Below are positions 8,723-17,764 of a stretch of 64,000 nt of DNA, piece by piece. The first letter of the stretch is position 1, and each line of letters opens with the position of its first letter. Position numbers and translations under genes: made by a program. The stretch spans positions 46,151 to 110,150 of the forward strand of contig MHLM01000003.1 in NCBI GenBank assembly GCA_001821395.1, read 5' to 3'. Under the pieces are notes generated by a model, which was not told where the DNA came from, made no database searches, and saw nothing but the letters and a program-made list of their open reading frames with translations. Source of the stretch: Candidatus Lloydbacteria bacterium RIFCSPHIGHO2_02_FULL_50_18. GTDB taxonomy: Bacteria > Patescibacteriota > Minisyncoccia > Phycocordibacterales > UBA6899.

Positions 8723-8815
8723 GCGATGTGAAGTCCTGGACAGAGGCGGTGTTTGAGAAGTTGTACGAGCTGTACTACTTCCAAACCCGCCGAAGGAAGG
8801 ACGAGCAGTGCGCCG
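8723..8815. repeat. copy 2 of the imperfect direct repeat of about 90 bp
   Basis: See copy 1. A compensatory change in the terminal pairing segment (agttct/agaact vs agtcct/aggac) is consistent with RNA structure. Confidence 0.8.
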
Positions 8816-8830
8816 AAAATGGAACTCTCG

Positions 8831-10123
8831 CTAGGACCACTTCACTTTGAGGAAGTGAGACGCGCAACTCATACAAGGGTCATACGCCCTTACCAGTTTC
8901 TCCATTTCGAGTGGCATCTTTTCTTTTTCCATTCCTCGCGCGATCAGTCCTTCGACGTAACGCCCCATGTCTTGCTCGATGTTGATCTGGTTCTGCCCGG
9001 TGGGAACGATAACTTCACCGTCTTTGATGAGTCCATCGGCACCCAAGACGAGTTTATGATAAAGCGTTCCGCGGGGAGCCTCAACAATGCCGACACCGAC
9101 GGCATCGCGTGCGGGTTTTTTGATCAAAGGCTCCGGAGTGAATTTGCGCGTGCGGAGTATCTCGACCGCCTCATCGAGGGAGTGCAATATTTCGATCGCT
9201 TGCGCGAGGTTGTTGTGGAAGATGTCGGTCGACGGGAAGAGTGCGAGCGCCTCAGGTATTGATGCTTTGGTGTTTGGGTGGAGTTTGTCTTTTGCAATAT
9301 TGATGCGGGCGAGTGAGCCCACCATGTAGCCGTCGCCTTTATACTGGTATGCAGATGCCTGTGAGTAGGGGAGAACGACATGTTCCAAAAGATTGCGGTA
9401 CTCACTCTTGGGGAATATTTCGCCTCGGCTCGTGCGGATGGTGCCCGTGATGTAGCCAAAGTTGCCTTCGGGAATGAGCGCCTGATAATTGGTCTTGCGA
9501 TCGAAATGGAACGGCTGGTCCTGGAATATCTTGATCAAGCGTAACGCTGCAGGGCGCATCGCTTCCATTTTTTCAATTGCTTCGTCGATGCCCGCCTGGT
9601 CGGGGAAGTGAAGGAACCCGCCGATCGTCGGATAGTGCGCATGGACGGAGCGTCCCGCAATAAGTGTTGCGAGGAAATTTCCCGCGGCCTTGATCCCAAA
9701 GCCGTCATGGAGGATCTGGTGTTCCTCGGGAATATTCTCATCGAGGTCGAGGAAGGCATCCTTGCCGTAGACATCGGGGAGCGAGAAGAGATAGAGGTGA
9801 AGTGCGTGGTCGCGAATGGTGAGTCCGTGCATCGTGAGTGCGCGAAGGACATCGGTCTGCTCCGAGGGTTCGATGTCGAGCGCGTCTTCACATGCGAGGA
9901 TGGCAGCCATGACGTGTGCATTTGAGCAGGTACCGCAGATGCGTGCCAAATGTTGCGGTATTGCAAGAATGGCTTTGCCCTTCATCGCTTCCGTGAAGAA
10001 GCGCTTGTATTCAATGGTCTGGAATTTCACATCGGTCACTTTGCCGTCTTCGACTTTGACCGAGATCGAGGCGTCGCCTTCGATCTTCGTAATGTGTTCC
10101 ATGCTGAGATCAAATGTATGCAT
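8831..10123 (-). CDS. [NiFe]-hydrogenase large (alpha) subunit, group 3-like
   Basis: 430 aa. N-terminal RICGTCSNAH (RxCGxCxxxH) and C-terminal DPCMSCASH (DPCxxCxxH) Ni-Fe ligand motifs. Confidence 0.9.
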   Translation of the reverse strand: MHTFDLSMEHITKIEGDASISVKVEDGKVTDVKFQTIEYKRFFTEAMKGKAILAIPQHLARICGTCSNAHVMAAILACEDALDIEPSEQTDVLRALTMHGLTIRDHALHLYLFSLPDVYGKDAFLDLDENIPEEHQILHDGFGIKAAGNFLATLIAGRSVHAHYPTIGGFLHFPDQAGIDEAIEKMEAMRPAALRLIKIFQDQPFHFDRKTNYQALIPEGNFGYITGTIRTSRGEIFPKSEYRNLLEHVVLPYSQASAYQYKGDGYMVGSLARINIAKDKLHPNTKASIPEALALFPSTDIFHNNLAQAIEILHSLDEAVEILRTRKFTPEPLIKKPARDAVGVGIVEAPRGTLYHKLVLGADGLIKDGEVIVPTGQNQINIEQDMGRYVEGLIARGMEKEKMPLEMEKLVRAYDPCMSCASHFLKVKWS

Positions 10124-10294
10124 ACGTGTTTGGTGTGATATTGGTTAGAACTTTCACATTCGGCGACCTGCTTCGTTGTTTTCCTCGAGTCTCCCTCGTC
10201 GTACTCCGAGTACGCCTCGGTTCGATTCTCGGTCACGCCTCGCAGGTCATCCGAATCCGAAAGTTTTTAATAATTGTTCGTTGTTTTCATACTA

Positions 10295-10816
10295 TTAATT
10301 TGCAGGAGAGATCGCTGCGGCGGGTAGGGCTAGGTCGGGGCGCAGTTCGGTGACAAGTGCGGTGACGGCTTTCAAAAATATATCGGTATTCATGGGACAC
10401 CCGGGAACGGACGCATCAACCGTGACAACGTCTGACACTTTGAGTACCTGGGGCAATGCACCAAAACGGTCGACGAGGAATTGGATGTTCGCGGTCTGCT
10501 CGGGGGTGAAATTATTGCGCTGCGCGGATGGTCCTCCGGTGACTGCACATGCGCCGATCGCCACCAACTTCGTCGAAATACTGCGAATATGTTTCAATTT
10601 CTCGACGTGAGCGGGCGAGGCCATTGCGCCCTCGATGAAGGCGATGTCGAAGGCGTCCATGATGTTGTTCGTTTTCAGGACCTTGACGTGGCGGAAATCA
10701 AAAATGCGTTTCCATTCCTGCCAATGGTCATTCATGAGCTCGGTAAAGACGATGGTGCTGTCTTCACAGCAAGAAAAAGAGAACCAACCGATAGCTATTT
10801 TTTTGTTTGTTTCCAT
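10295..10816 (-). CDS. [NiFe]-hydrogenase small subunit, truncated form with proximal FeS cluster only (HydD/delta-like)
   Basis: 173 aa. IGWFSFSCCEDS, DIAFIEGA, VAIGACAVTGG, VPGCPM are alignable to Pyrococcus HydD N-terminal half. The medial/distal cluster region is absent. Confidence 0.8.
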   Translation of the reverse strand: METNKKIAIGWFSFSCCEDSTIVFTELMNDHWQEWKRIFDFRHVKVLKTNNIMDAFDIAFIEGAMASPAHVEKLKHIRSISTKLVAIGACAVTGGPSAQRNNFTPEQTANIQFLVDRFGALPQVLKVSDVVTVDASVPGCPMNTDIFLKAVTALVTELRPDLALPAAAISPAN

Positions 10817-10912
10817 AGGAAAATGGGAATTAATGAGAGCAGTATAACATCGTTTGTCGTGAAAAACAGCTCACCGCATGCGCGGGCGTTATGCACCGCT
10901 GCTGTCGAGAAA

Positions 10913-10921
10913 CTTCTGGTA
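10913..10921 (+). promoter_or_regulatory. extended -10 (TGgTATAAT) giving a near-leaderless transcript for the OFOR operon
   Basis: tggtataat ends about 10 nt before the ATG at 10932. No SD. Confidence 0.4.
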
Positions 10922-10931
10922 TAATAATCCG

Positions 10932-12662
10932 ATGGAAACAGTAAAACAGAACATTCCGGTCTTTACGGTCGCCGTCGGAGGTGCCGCAGGGGACGGGATC
11001 AAAGAAGGGGGGCTGCATCTCGCCGAACTCGCACAGCGTCTCGGCTGTTTTGCATATCTTACTATGGAGTATCCGTCGCTTATCCGCGGCGGGCACAATT
11101 TTGGGCGGATGACGTACGGGGCGAGCGAGGTGCATGCCGACCATTCCGCGCTTGATGCGGTCATTGCGATGAATGCAGAGTCCGCACTTCTGCATCAGGA
11201 CGAACTGAAGGATGATGCCATTGTCTTTGTTGATACTCCTCATGCCGAGGCGTTGAAGGATATCGGACGGAAGGTGGTCGCAATACCCATGTCGCAGGCC
11301 GTGAAAGAGGTGGGTGCACCGCATGCTGCAGGCCCGTCGGTCGGAGTCGGCGCATATTGCTATCTTGCCGGACTTTCGCGCGAGAATGCCGAGGCACTAC
11401 TTGGAAAGATCTTTGGCGATATCCTGGGCGGTGTTGCGATGAACGTCGCACTTGCACTTCGAGGGTATGATGCCGCAAAAGAGTCGGGACTCACTCCGCG
11501 CACCGAACTCTACGTCGATGGCGCGTGTGCGCACACGGGAGTACTGCTTGAGGGGAACAAAGCGGTCGCTTTGGGATTTCTTTCCGCCGGACTCGAATTT
11601 TATATCGGATATCCGATGACGCCCGCATCGGGCATTCTGCATTTTCTTGCTAAGGAAGCGGTGGGCGGTGCGCTTACGGTGATCCACCCTGAGGATGAGA
11701 TCGCATCGATCAACATGGCGCTCGGCGTTGCGTATGCGGGAAAGCGCGTTGCGACCGGTACGGCAACCGGAGGGTTCGCGCTCATGCAGGAGGCATTTTC
11801 ATTCGCCGGCGTGAGCGAGCTTCCGCTCGCGGTTGCGGTATCGCAGCGACAAGGTCCTGCAACAGGGGCAGCTACGCGGACATCGCAGGGTGATCTACGT
11901 TTCGTCATCTCATCCGGTCATGGAGAATTTCCCCGCATGGTGATCGCTCCGGGCGATGCCGAGGAGGCATACACGGCCGGACGCATCGCACTCAACCTGG
12001 CGTGGAAGTTCCAAACTCCCGCGATCGTGCTGCTTGATAAACAACTTTCCGAAAGCTATCAGACGACAGTTGTCGATGGGGCGGCGAAACAGATCACCCC
12101 GCACAAAGCACAAGAAGAAGGTGACTACCAGCGATTCCGTTTTTCTCCCGACGGCGTATCACCACTCGCCTTTCCCGGCACTCCGAATACAAAAGTGAAG
12201 GCAACGAGCTATGAGCACGATGAATTCGGTATCGCGTCCGATAAGCCCGAAATGGTGCAGGCGATGCAGGAGAAACGCTGGAAAAAAATGGAAGGCATCC
12301 GTGCTGATGCACATAATTTTGAGACGGTAAAAGTGTATGGTGACCCTGCTGCAAAGAACGCCGTCATATTCTTTGGTTCGACCAAGGGCTCCGTTCTTGA
12401 GGCGGCAAAAATGATCGATACCCCGCTTCGGCTCGTACAGGTCCTCTGGATGGAGCCATTCCCCGAGGAGGAAGTTGCCAAAGCACTCGAGGGAGCCATA
12501 CGCATCATCGATGTTGAGGCAAATCACAATGCACAGTTCGCGGGACTCCTGCGTGAAAAGACCGGCATTGTCTGCCACGAGAAGATCCTCAAATTTGACG
12601 CACGGCCATTTGACCCGGCAGTACTCGCAGCAGAATTACGCAGTAAACTTTCATTATCATGA
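10932..12662 (+). CDS. 2-oxoacid:ferredoxin oxidoreductase alpha subunit (gamma-alpha fused), two-subunit OFOR type
   Basis: N-terminal POR gamma domain (GGAAGDGI...). Alpha domain motif GYPMTPASGILHF. The ORF begins at 10878 on the track, but METVKQ at 10932 follows the promoter. Confidence 0.85.
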   Translation: METVKQNIPVFTVAVGGAAGDGIKEGGLHLAELAQRLGCFAYLTMEYPSLIRGGHNFGRMTYGASEVHADHSALDAVIAMNAESALLHQDELKDDAIVFVDTPHAEALKDIGRKVVAIPMSQAVKEVGAPHAAGPSVGVGAYCYLAGLSRENAEALLGKIFGDILGGVAMNVALALRGYDAAKESGLTPRTELYVDGACAHTGVLLEGNKAVALGFLSAGLEFYIGYPMTPASGILHFLAKEAVGGALTVIHPEDEIASINMALGVAYAGKRVATGTATGGFALMQEAFSFAGVSELPLAVAVSQRQGPATGAATRTSQGDLRFVISSGHGEFPRMVIAPGDAEEAYTAGRIALNLAWKFQTPAIVLLDKQLSESYQTTVVDGAAKQITPHKAQEEGDYQRFRFSPDGVSPLAFPGTPNTKVKATSYEHDEFGIASDKPEMVQAMQEKRWKKMEGIRADAHNFETVKVYGDPAAKNAVIFFGSTKGSVLEAAKMIDTPLRLVQVLWMEPFPEEEVAKALEGAIRIIDVEANHNAQFAGLLREKTGIVCHEKILKFDARPFDPAVLAAELRSKLSLS

Positions 12663-13435
12663 GCCTACAACTTGGAACATACGCAAAGATCTCTTGGTGC
12701 CCCGGTTGTCCGAACAACCAGATCCTCGTCGCATTTCGTAAAGCAGTGACCGAACTCTGCGAATCGGGTGCACTCAAAGAGGAAAACATCGTCGCAGCGG
12801 CAGGTATCGGTTGCCATGCGAAGATCCTCGATTATCTCAATATGAATACGTTCAATGCGCTGCATGGTCGCGCGATCCCCGCCATTGAGGGGGTCAAGGC
12901 GGCGAACCCCGCGCTCACGGTGGTCGCATTTTCCGGTGACGGAGACTCATACTCGGAGGGGCTGACGCACCTCATTCATGCCGCACAGCGCAATAGCGAC
13001 ATCAACGTGTTCATTCATGACAATCAGATCTTCGCCCTCACGACCGGTCAAGCTACCGCTACTTCTCCAAAAGGTTTTAAGGGACTCACGCGTCCGTCCG
13101 GTTCGATCGAAGAGCCGATCGATCCATTGCGTATGATGATGAATGCCGGCGCGACATTTGTTGCGCGTACGTATGCGGGTGAATTTGAAAAGACGAAAGA
13201 GATTATGAAGGCGGCGATCGCACACAAGGGTATGTCATTCATCGACATCGCTCAGCCATGTATCACGTTCTTTGATACACGCGATTTCTATAAGGACAAC
13301 ATCACCTGGCTTCCGGAGGGTCACAATGTGACAGACCTCGATGCGGCCTATCACGCGACGAAACAATCTGACGGGAAAATTCCCATGGGTATCTTTTATC
13401 AGGTCGAGACCCCTACATTCGAGCAACAACTTTAA
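12659..13435 (+). CDS. 2-oxoacid:ferredoxin oxidoreductase beta subunit (TPP-binding)
   Basis: WCPGCP N-terminal motif, GDGD TPP-binding motif, four Cys for the [4Fe-4S] cluster. 4-bp overlap with the alpha subunit. Confidence 0.85.
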   Translation: MSLQLGTYAKISWCPGCPNNQILVAFRKAVTELCESGALKEENIVAAAGIGCHAKILDYLNMNTFNALHGRAIPAIEGVKAANPALTVVAFSGDGDSYSEGLTHLIHAAQRNSDINVFIHDNQIFALTTGQATATSPKGFKGLTRPSGSIEEPIDPLRMMMNAGATFVARTYAGEFEKTKEIMKAAIAHKGMSFIDIAQPCITFFDTRDFYKDNITWLPEGHNVTDLDAAYHATKQSDGKIPMGIFYQVETPTFEQQL

Positions 13436-13551
13436 GGGCCTATATAAGCCACCTCGTATCGAGCGTGTGGTCAATTGTTTTAGGCGACGATACCAAAGAG
13501 AAATAGAAGTATGCGCATGCTGCATTCATTTACCTAAGTCCCAAAAATATT

Positions 13552-15585
13552 ATGAATCTTGAAAAATTCTTTCATCCCGAGTCGGTCATGGTGATCGGGG
13601 CGCGTCCCGAGGAAGGACACGTGGGCTCCGCGATCATGAAGAATCTTCTCGCCGGAGCGAAGCGTACGCTCTACCCCGTCACTCCCGACTACAAGGAGGT
13701 GCTGGGTATTCCCGCATATGCCTCCATTGATGAAGTACCCGGAAGTCCCGACCTTGCCGTCATCGCGATACGCTCTGACCTAGTCCCGACCGCACTGCGC
13801 GCATGTGTCGCAAGGGGGGTGAAGGCGGCGGTCGTCATCTCTGCGGGCTTCAAGGAGGCCGGCGAGAAGGGGAAGCTGCTTGAAGAAGAATTGGTAGAGA
13901 TCGGTCGTGAGTCGGGCATTCCATTCCTCGGTCCCAATTGTCTCGGAGTGATCGACGGCAACACGGACCTCAATGCATCGTTCGCATTGCATAAGCCAAT
14001 GCCGGGAGCCATCGGTTTTGTCTCACAGTCCGGAGCTATCGGCACAGCATTCATCGAGTGGTCCCGCTCGGAGGGTGTTGGTATCTCAAAATTCATAAGT
14101 CTCGGGAATGAGGCGGGAGTATCAGAACTCGCGATGCTTGAGTACCTAGGGAATGATCCGGAAACGAAAGCTATTCTCGTCTATCTCGAGCACGTCTCCG
14201 ACGGTGCCCGCTTTCTTTCTGTCGCGAAAGAGATTATCAAAGAAAAGAAAAAGCCCATCGTACTCTTGCGGTCCGGCCGGTCCGCGCGCGGAGGCGCCGC
14301 CGTCATGAGCCACACCGGCTCGCTTGCTCCCGAAGACGCCATCTTCACCGCGGCCTGCAATCAGGCGGGTATCGCGACGGTGACGAACCTGCGTGATCTT
14401 TTTAACGCGTCGAAATTGCTCTCGCTCGGGACGAATTGGGGAGATAAGACGCATATTGCTATCGTGACGAACGGCGGCGGTCCGTCGGTGAACGCCGCAG
14501 ATCTCGTGGAACTTTCCGAATCGATGGAGCTCGTGCGATTCCCTGATGCGACGAAAGATGCGCTGCGCGGCGTGCTCCCATTCATGGCGGCCGTGGGAAA
14601 TCCGATCGATGTGATCGGGGACGCCGGAGCTGATCGCTATCGATCCGCACTGGATATCGTCGTTCAACAACATGATGTAGATGCGATCATCGTGATCGTC
14701 ACGCCGCAGATGATGACGGACGCTCGAGCTATCGCAGAAACGATCGTATCCTTCAAAGATATGAAACTGATCATGCCAGTCTTCATGGGAGGAGAGGTGA
14801 TGCGCGGCGGCATTGATGTGCTTCTTGCGAACGGGATGGTGAACTTTGACCTCCCGTCCGATGCTATTTTTGTACTGGATGCGCTTACTCCGAAGAAGAA
14901 GATCCCGCTTCCCGCAAAGATCCATGCGGCCTCGACCGCAAAGATGCTTTCTCACGAAGCGGCATCGGAGTTACTCAAGAAATATGACTGTGAAATATTC
15001 GGTGCTCTTGCGCACAAAAAAGAAGAAGCGGTACGTATCTTCGCCGAGCTTGGTGTAGAGCATGTTGCGATGAAGGTTGTTTCACAAAATGTCATACACA
15101 AGACCGAAGCCTCTGCAGTGCGACTCAACGTGGGAAGTGCTGACGTTCTCCGCACCTGGGACGAGATAGCGCTCGGAGTGAAGGCTATTGCGCCGGATGC
15201 GACGATCGAGGGGATGCTGCTGCAGCCGATGATCAAGGGAAAAGAAGTGATCATTGGCATGAAGCGCGATGCAACGTTCGGCCCCGTGATCGTTTTCGGT
15301 CTTGGTGGGATATTCGTTGAACTCCTAAGCGATGTGTCCATGCGCATCGCCCCGTTCGCCATCGAAGAGGCGAGAGGAATGATCGACGAGATTGCAGGTG
15401 TACGATATCTCGAAGGCTTCCGTGGATCCGAGCCCGTCGACAAGGAGGCGCTCGCGCAGTTGCTTGTTGCCATCGGTCGTCTCTCCGCTGAAAATCCCAT
15501 GATCACCGAGATCGATCTCAATCCCGTCATCGCAACAAAAAACCGGGCATACATTGTTGATGCTCGGCTGATGTCGGCACAGTGA
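13552..15585 (+). CDS. acetyl-CoA synthetase (ADP-forming), fused alpha-beta (NDP-forming acyl-CoA synthetase)
   Basis: 677 aa. CoA-binding N-terminus (VMVIGARPEEGHVG), succinyl-CoA-synthetase-like and ATP-grasp regions. Confidence 0.85.
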   Translation: MNLEKFFHPESVMVIGARPEEGHVGSAIMKNLLAGAKRTLYPVTPDYKEVLGIPAYASIDEVPGSPDLAVIAIRSDLVPTALRACVARGVKAAVVISAGFKEAGEKGKLLEEELVEIGRESGIPFLGPNCLGVIDGNTDLNASFALHKPMPGAIGFVSQSGAIGTAFIEWSRSEGVGISKFISLGNEAGVSELAMLEYLGNDPETKAILVYLEHVSDGARFLSVAKEIIKEKKKPIVLLRSGRSARGGAAVMSHTGSLAPEDAIFTAACNQAGIATVTNLRDLFNASKLLSLGTNWGDKTHIAIVTNGGGPSVNAADLVELSESMELVRFPDATKDALRGVLPFMAAVGNPIDVIGDAGADRYRSALDIVVQQHDVDAIIVIVTPQMMTDARAIAETIVSFKDMKLIMPVFMGGEVMRGGIDVLLANGMVNFDLPSDAIFVLDALTPKKKIPLPAKIHAASTAKMLSHEAASELLKKYDCEIFGALAHKKEEAVRIFAELGVEHVAMKVVSQNVIHKTEASAVRLNVGSADVLRTWDEIALGVKAIAPDATIEGMLLQPMIKGKEVIIGMKRDATFGPVIVFGLGGIFVELLSDVSMRIAPFAIEEARGMIDEIAGVRYLEGFRGSEPVDKEALAQLLVAIGRLSAENPMITEIDLNPVIATKNRAYIVDARLMSAQ

Positions 15586-15637
15586 CCCCTTGCTATTCTG
15601 CGGGTAGCAGTGATTTAAGGTCGAAATTCGGATCAGC
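15554..15637. repeat. left copy of an 84-bp direct repeat (covers ACD 3' end plus the 3' end of the convergent gene)
   Basis: Identical to 16473-16556 except one transition. Confidence 0.95.
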
Positions 15638-16472
15638 AAGTTGCGATTTTTTAGTTTTAAAATTATTTTTTCCCGAGTACGTTTTCGTATTTGAGTGCTA
15701 AATCAAGGCTGCTTTTTAAAAACTCTTCAAAGGAGCTTCCCGTTTTAATGTGTGTTCGATAACAGTCTTCAAAATACGTTACGAGTTTTTTCGTACCGAC
15801 TTTTAGGTCTGCAAATTCAGTGTATTGGTACTGTTTATGTTTATGGAGGTGCTGTATTTCCTTACTGTTATTGATGATGATTGGTGCAAGTATTTCACTG
15901 AGTTTCCAGACAAGATGGGGAGTATCACGTTCACGTTTCTTTGTTTTAGGGAAAACCTCCATCAATTTTTTGAAATAGAAGAAATGGAGAATCTCATGCA
16001 TTGCAATTGGACGCATGGATGAGGTCTTTGTGTAATCAACGTTGAATTCCCAGGTATCCAAAAAACGGGGATAGATAGGAATAATGGAGACATAAGCAGT
16101 GATCACTTTTTTATTCTTTGGGTACGTGGTTTCGCAAAGCTTCGAAAGAGTATACAGATAGTCATCATTTATTTTACTCCAGTCTTTTTGATAGAGGGAA
16201 ATAGTCTGATCGATTTTGTCTTTGTGTGTCGCAATGAAATGTTTTGCGTACTCAGATATACGTTTGCGGTACAGGCGACGATTACTCGTCTTCAATATTT
16301 CCTCGAGTGAAGGAAATGCTTTGTAGATATTCTTACTCCAGTCGAAACCTGATTTGTCTGGTGTGCAAAAATATAGTAGTAAATCAACCTCCTGCTTTAG
16401 TTGTGCTCTTTTAAATATGACCTTGAGCATGTAAATATGGAAAATTACGAGAATGAGCAAGCATTACTTTTT
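15638..16472. mobile_element. 835-bp very AT-rich single-gene insertion bounded by 84-bp direct repeats
   Basis: Sequence between the repeat copies carries only ORF 15663-16460. Its composition differs strongly from the flanks. Confidence 0.45.
15663..16460 (-). CDS. hypothetical protein with HExxH motif (possible zincin-like metallopeptidase), AT-rich cargo gene
   Basis: 265 aa. PIAMHEILHF followed by downstream Glu candidates. Lys/Tyr/Phe-rich composition typical of low-GC foreign DNA. Confidence 0.45.
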   Translation of the reverse strand: MLILVIFHIYMLKVIFKRAQLKQEVDLLLYFCTPDKSGFDWSKNIYKAFPSLEEILKTSNRRLYRKRISEYAKHFIATHKDKIDQTISLYQKDWSKINDDYLYTLSKLCETTYPKNKKVITAYVSIIPIYPRFLDTWEFNVDYTKTSSMRPIAMHEILHFFYFKKLMEVFPKTKKRERDTPHLVWKLSEILAPIIINNSKEIQHLHKHKQYQYTEFADLKVGTKKLVTYFEDCYRTHIKTGSSFEEFLKSSLDLALKYENVLGKK

Positions 16473-16556
16473 TGTTGATGCTCGGCTGATGTCGGCACAG
16501 TGACCCCTTGCTATTCTGCGGGCAGCAGTGATTTAAGGTCGAAATTCGGATCAGCG
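16473..16556. repeat. right copy of the 84-bp direct repeat (the functional 3' end of the downstream gene lies here)
   Basis: Encodes the C-terminal ...AELADPNFDLKSLLPAE* of ORF 16511-17755 on the minus strand. A non-coding duplicate of the ACD 3' end is disrupted by a T4 insertion. Confidence 0.95.
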
Positions 16557-17755
16557 AGCTCGGCCTTTTTTGTTGAGACGTCAGCGCGTGCGGCAATGAG
16601 GCTCACGATGGGAGCAAGCTCAAGCGTGCGATTGATCATCGACGCGCCGATCACACGTCCACCGCGCAAGATGATGCGGCCAAGTTTCCGCTCCTTCGCA
16701 TTGCCGCGCATGATATATTCTCTGTTCTCTTTCATGCGTCCGTCTCCCGCGAATGCAATGGTGTCCTCGAAGCCGTGGCTTAAGTGGAAGGAGACGAGGT
16801 CGTAGCATGATCTATCTCCGAGCATATTTGCGGCAGCCGTCTTTCCCTGCTTTTGCGCATTCATCCAATTACCCATGACGACAGAATCGTCGAGGGTCAT
16901 ATCTTTGTATCGCGCAGTATCTCCCGCCACCCAGACATCCGGCAGAGAAGTTTCCAGATATTCGTTCGCTAGGATGCCCCGATCGAGCGCTATCCCCGAT
17001 GAAATGAGCCACTCCGTCGGTATCTCAGTGCCGATGAACGCAAAGACCATGTCGCACTCGAGGTGTGTGCCGTCTTTTAATATCACTCCCTCAACCTTCT
17101 TGTCTCCCAAGACTTTCACGATCTCCATGTTCCGCATGATCGTCACACCCCGTTCAAGAAGCCTGTCTTCAACGATGCCTGACTCCTCTCGTGATATTGA
17201 GGGCTCCCAAAAATACGCTTCGCGCATCACTTCGGTGATCTTGATCCCCTTTGAGTAGAGGACGTCGGCGACTTCATATGTCACACAGGAGCTCCCAACG
17301 ATTACGGCGTGCTTGTTTTGCTGGTTGAGGTCCGCGATGATCTTCATCGCGTGATCGAGTGTCCGTAGGTAGAATACTCCATCAAGGTCCGCTCCGGGGA
17401 TTCCCCAGGCGCGATTGTGTGTTCCTGTCGCAAGCAGGAGTTTATCATAGTGAAATATCTCACCGTTGCTCACGGTCAGCATTTTTGTTCCGGCATCAAG
17501 CGCAACCGCACGTTGGCTTGTAAGCAGTGTGATGTTGTTCGTCTTGTACCATTCCGGAGACTTCATCCATATCGTATCGACACTCTTCTCACCAGTCAGG
17601 ATCGAGGGTTTTGAAAGCAATACGCGTGAGTAGAGACGATGCGCCTCATCCGTGAGGATGGTGATCGATCCCTCTTTATCGCGCTTACGAAGCTCTTCCG
17701 CCGCCGTAGTTCCTGCGATGCCGCCCCCAACGATGAGATAAGTGACGCTTTGCAT
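16511..17755 (-). CDS. FAD-dependent pyridine nucleotide-disulfide oxidoreductase (ferredoxin/rubredoxin-NAD(P)+ reductase or NADH oxidase-like)
   Basis: 414 aa. N-terminal FAD dinucleotide motif IVGGGIAGTTAAEEL. Second Rossmann motif VIVGSSCVTYEVA. Confidence 0.8.
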   Translation of the reverse strand: MQSVTYLIVGGGIAGTTAAEELRKRDKEGSITILTDEAHRLYSRVLLSKPSILTGEKSVDTIWMKSPEWYKTNNITLLTSQRAVALDAGTKMLTVSNGEIFHYDKLLLATGTHNRAWGIPGADLDGVFYLRTLDHAMKIIADLNQQNKHAVIVGSSCVTYEVADVLYSKGIKITEVMREAYFWEPSISREESGIVEDRLLERGVTIMRNMEIVKVLGDKKVEGVILKDGTHLECDMVFAFIGTEIPTEWLISSGIALDRGILANEYLETSLPDVWVAGDTARYKDMTLDDSVVMGNWMNAQKQGKTAAANMLGDRSCYDLVSFHLSHGFEDTIAFAGDGRMKENREYIMRGNAKERKLGRIILRGGRVIGASMINRTLELAPIVSLIAARADVSTKKAELADPNFDLKSLLPAE

Positions 17756-17764
17756 ATGTTTCGA

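Noticed and set aside
8493-8815. Possibility that the 90-bp tandem repeats encode small peptides (KFWTETVLEMLYELY...)
   Set aside because: No start codon or SD for copy 1, and only 4 of 12 substitutions synonymous; RNA or structural constraint fits better.
8753-9262. 169-aa plus-strand ORF, and several Arg/Ser-rich minus-strand ORFs (9124-9966), overlapping the hydrogenase large-subunit gene
   Set aside because: They lie on the opposite strand or frame of a gene with unambiguous NiFe motifs; low-complexity translations.
10124-10294. 66-aa ORF (10036-10236, minus) in the gap between hydrogenase subunits
   Set aside because: Overlaps the large-subunit start and has no SD or motif; kept only as a note that the 170-nt spacer is unusually long.
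14146-15554. Long minus-strand ORFs (269 aa, 200 aa) inside the ACD gene
   Set aside because: Antisense to the strongly supported ACD CDS; Arg/His-rich nonsense composition.
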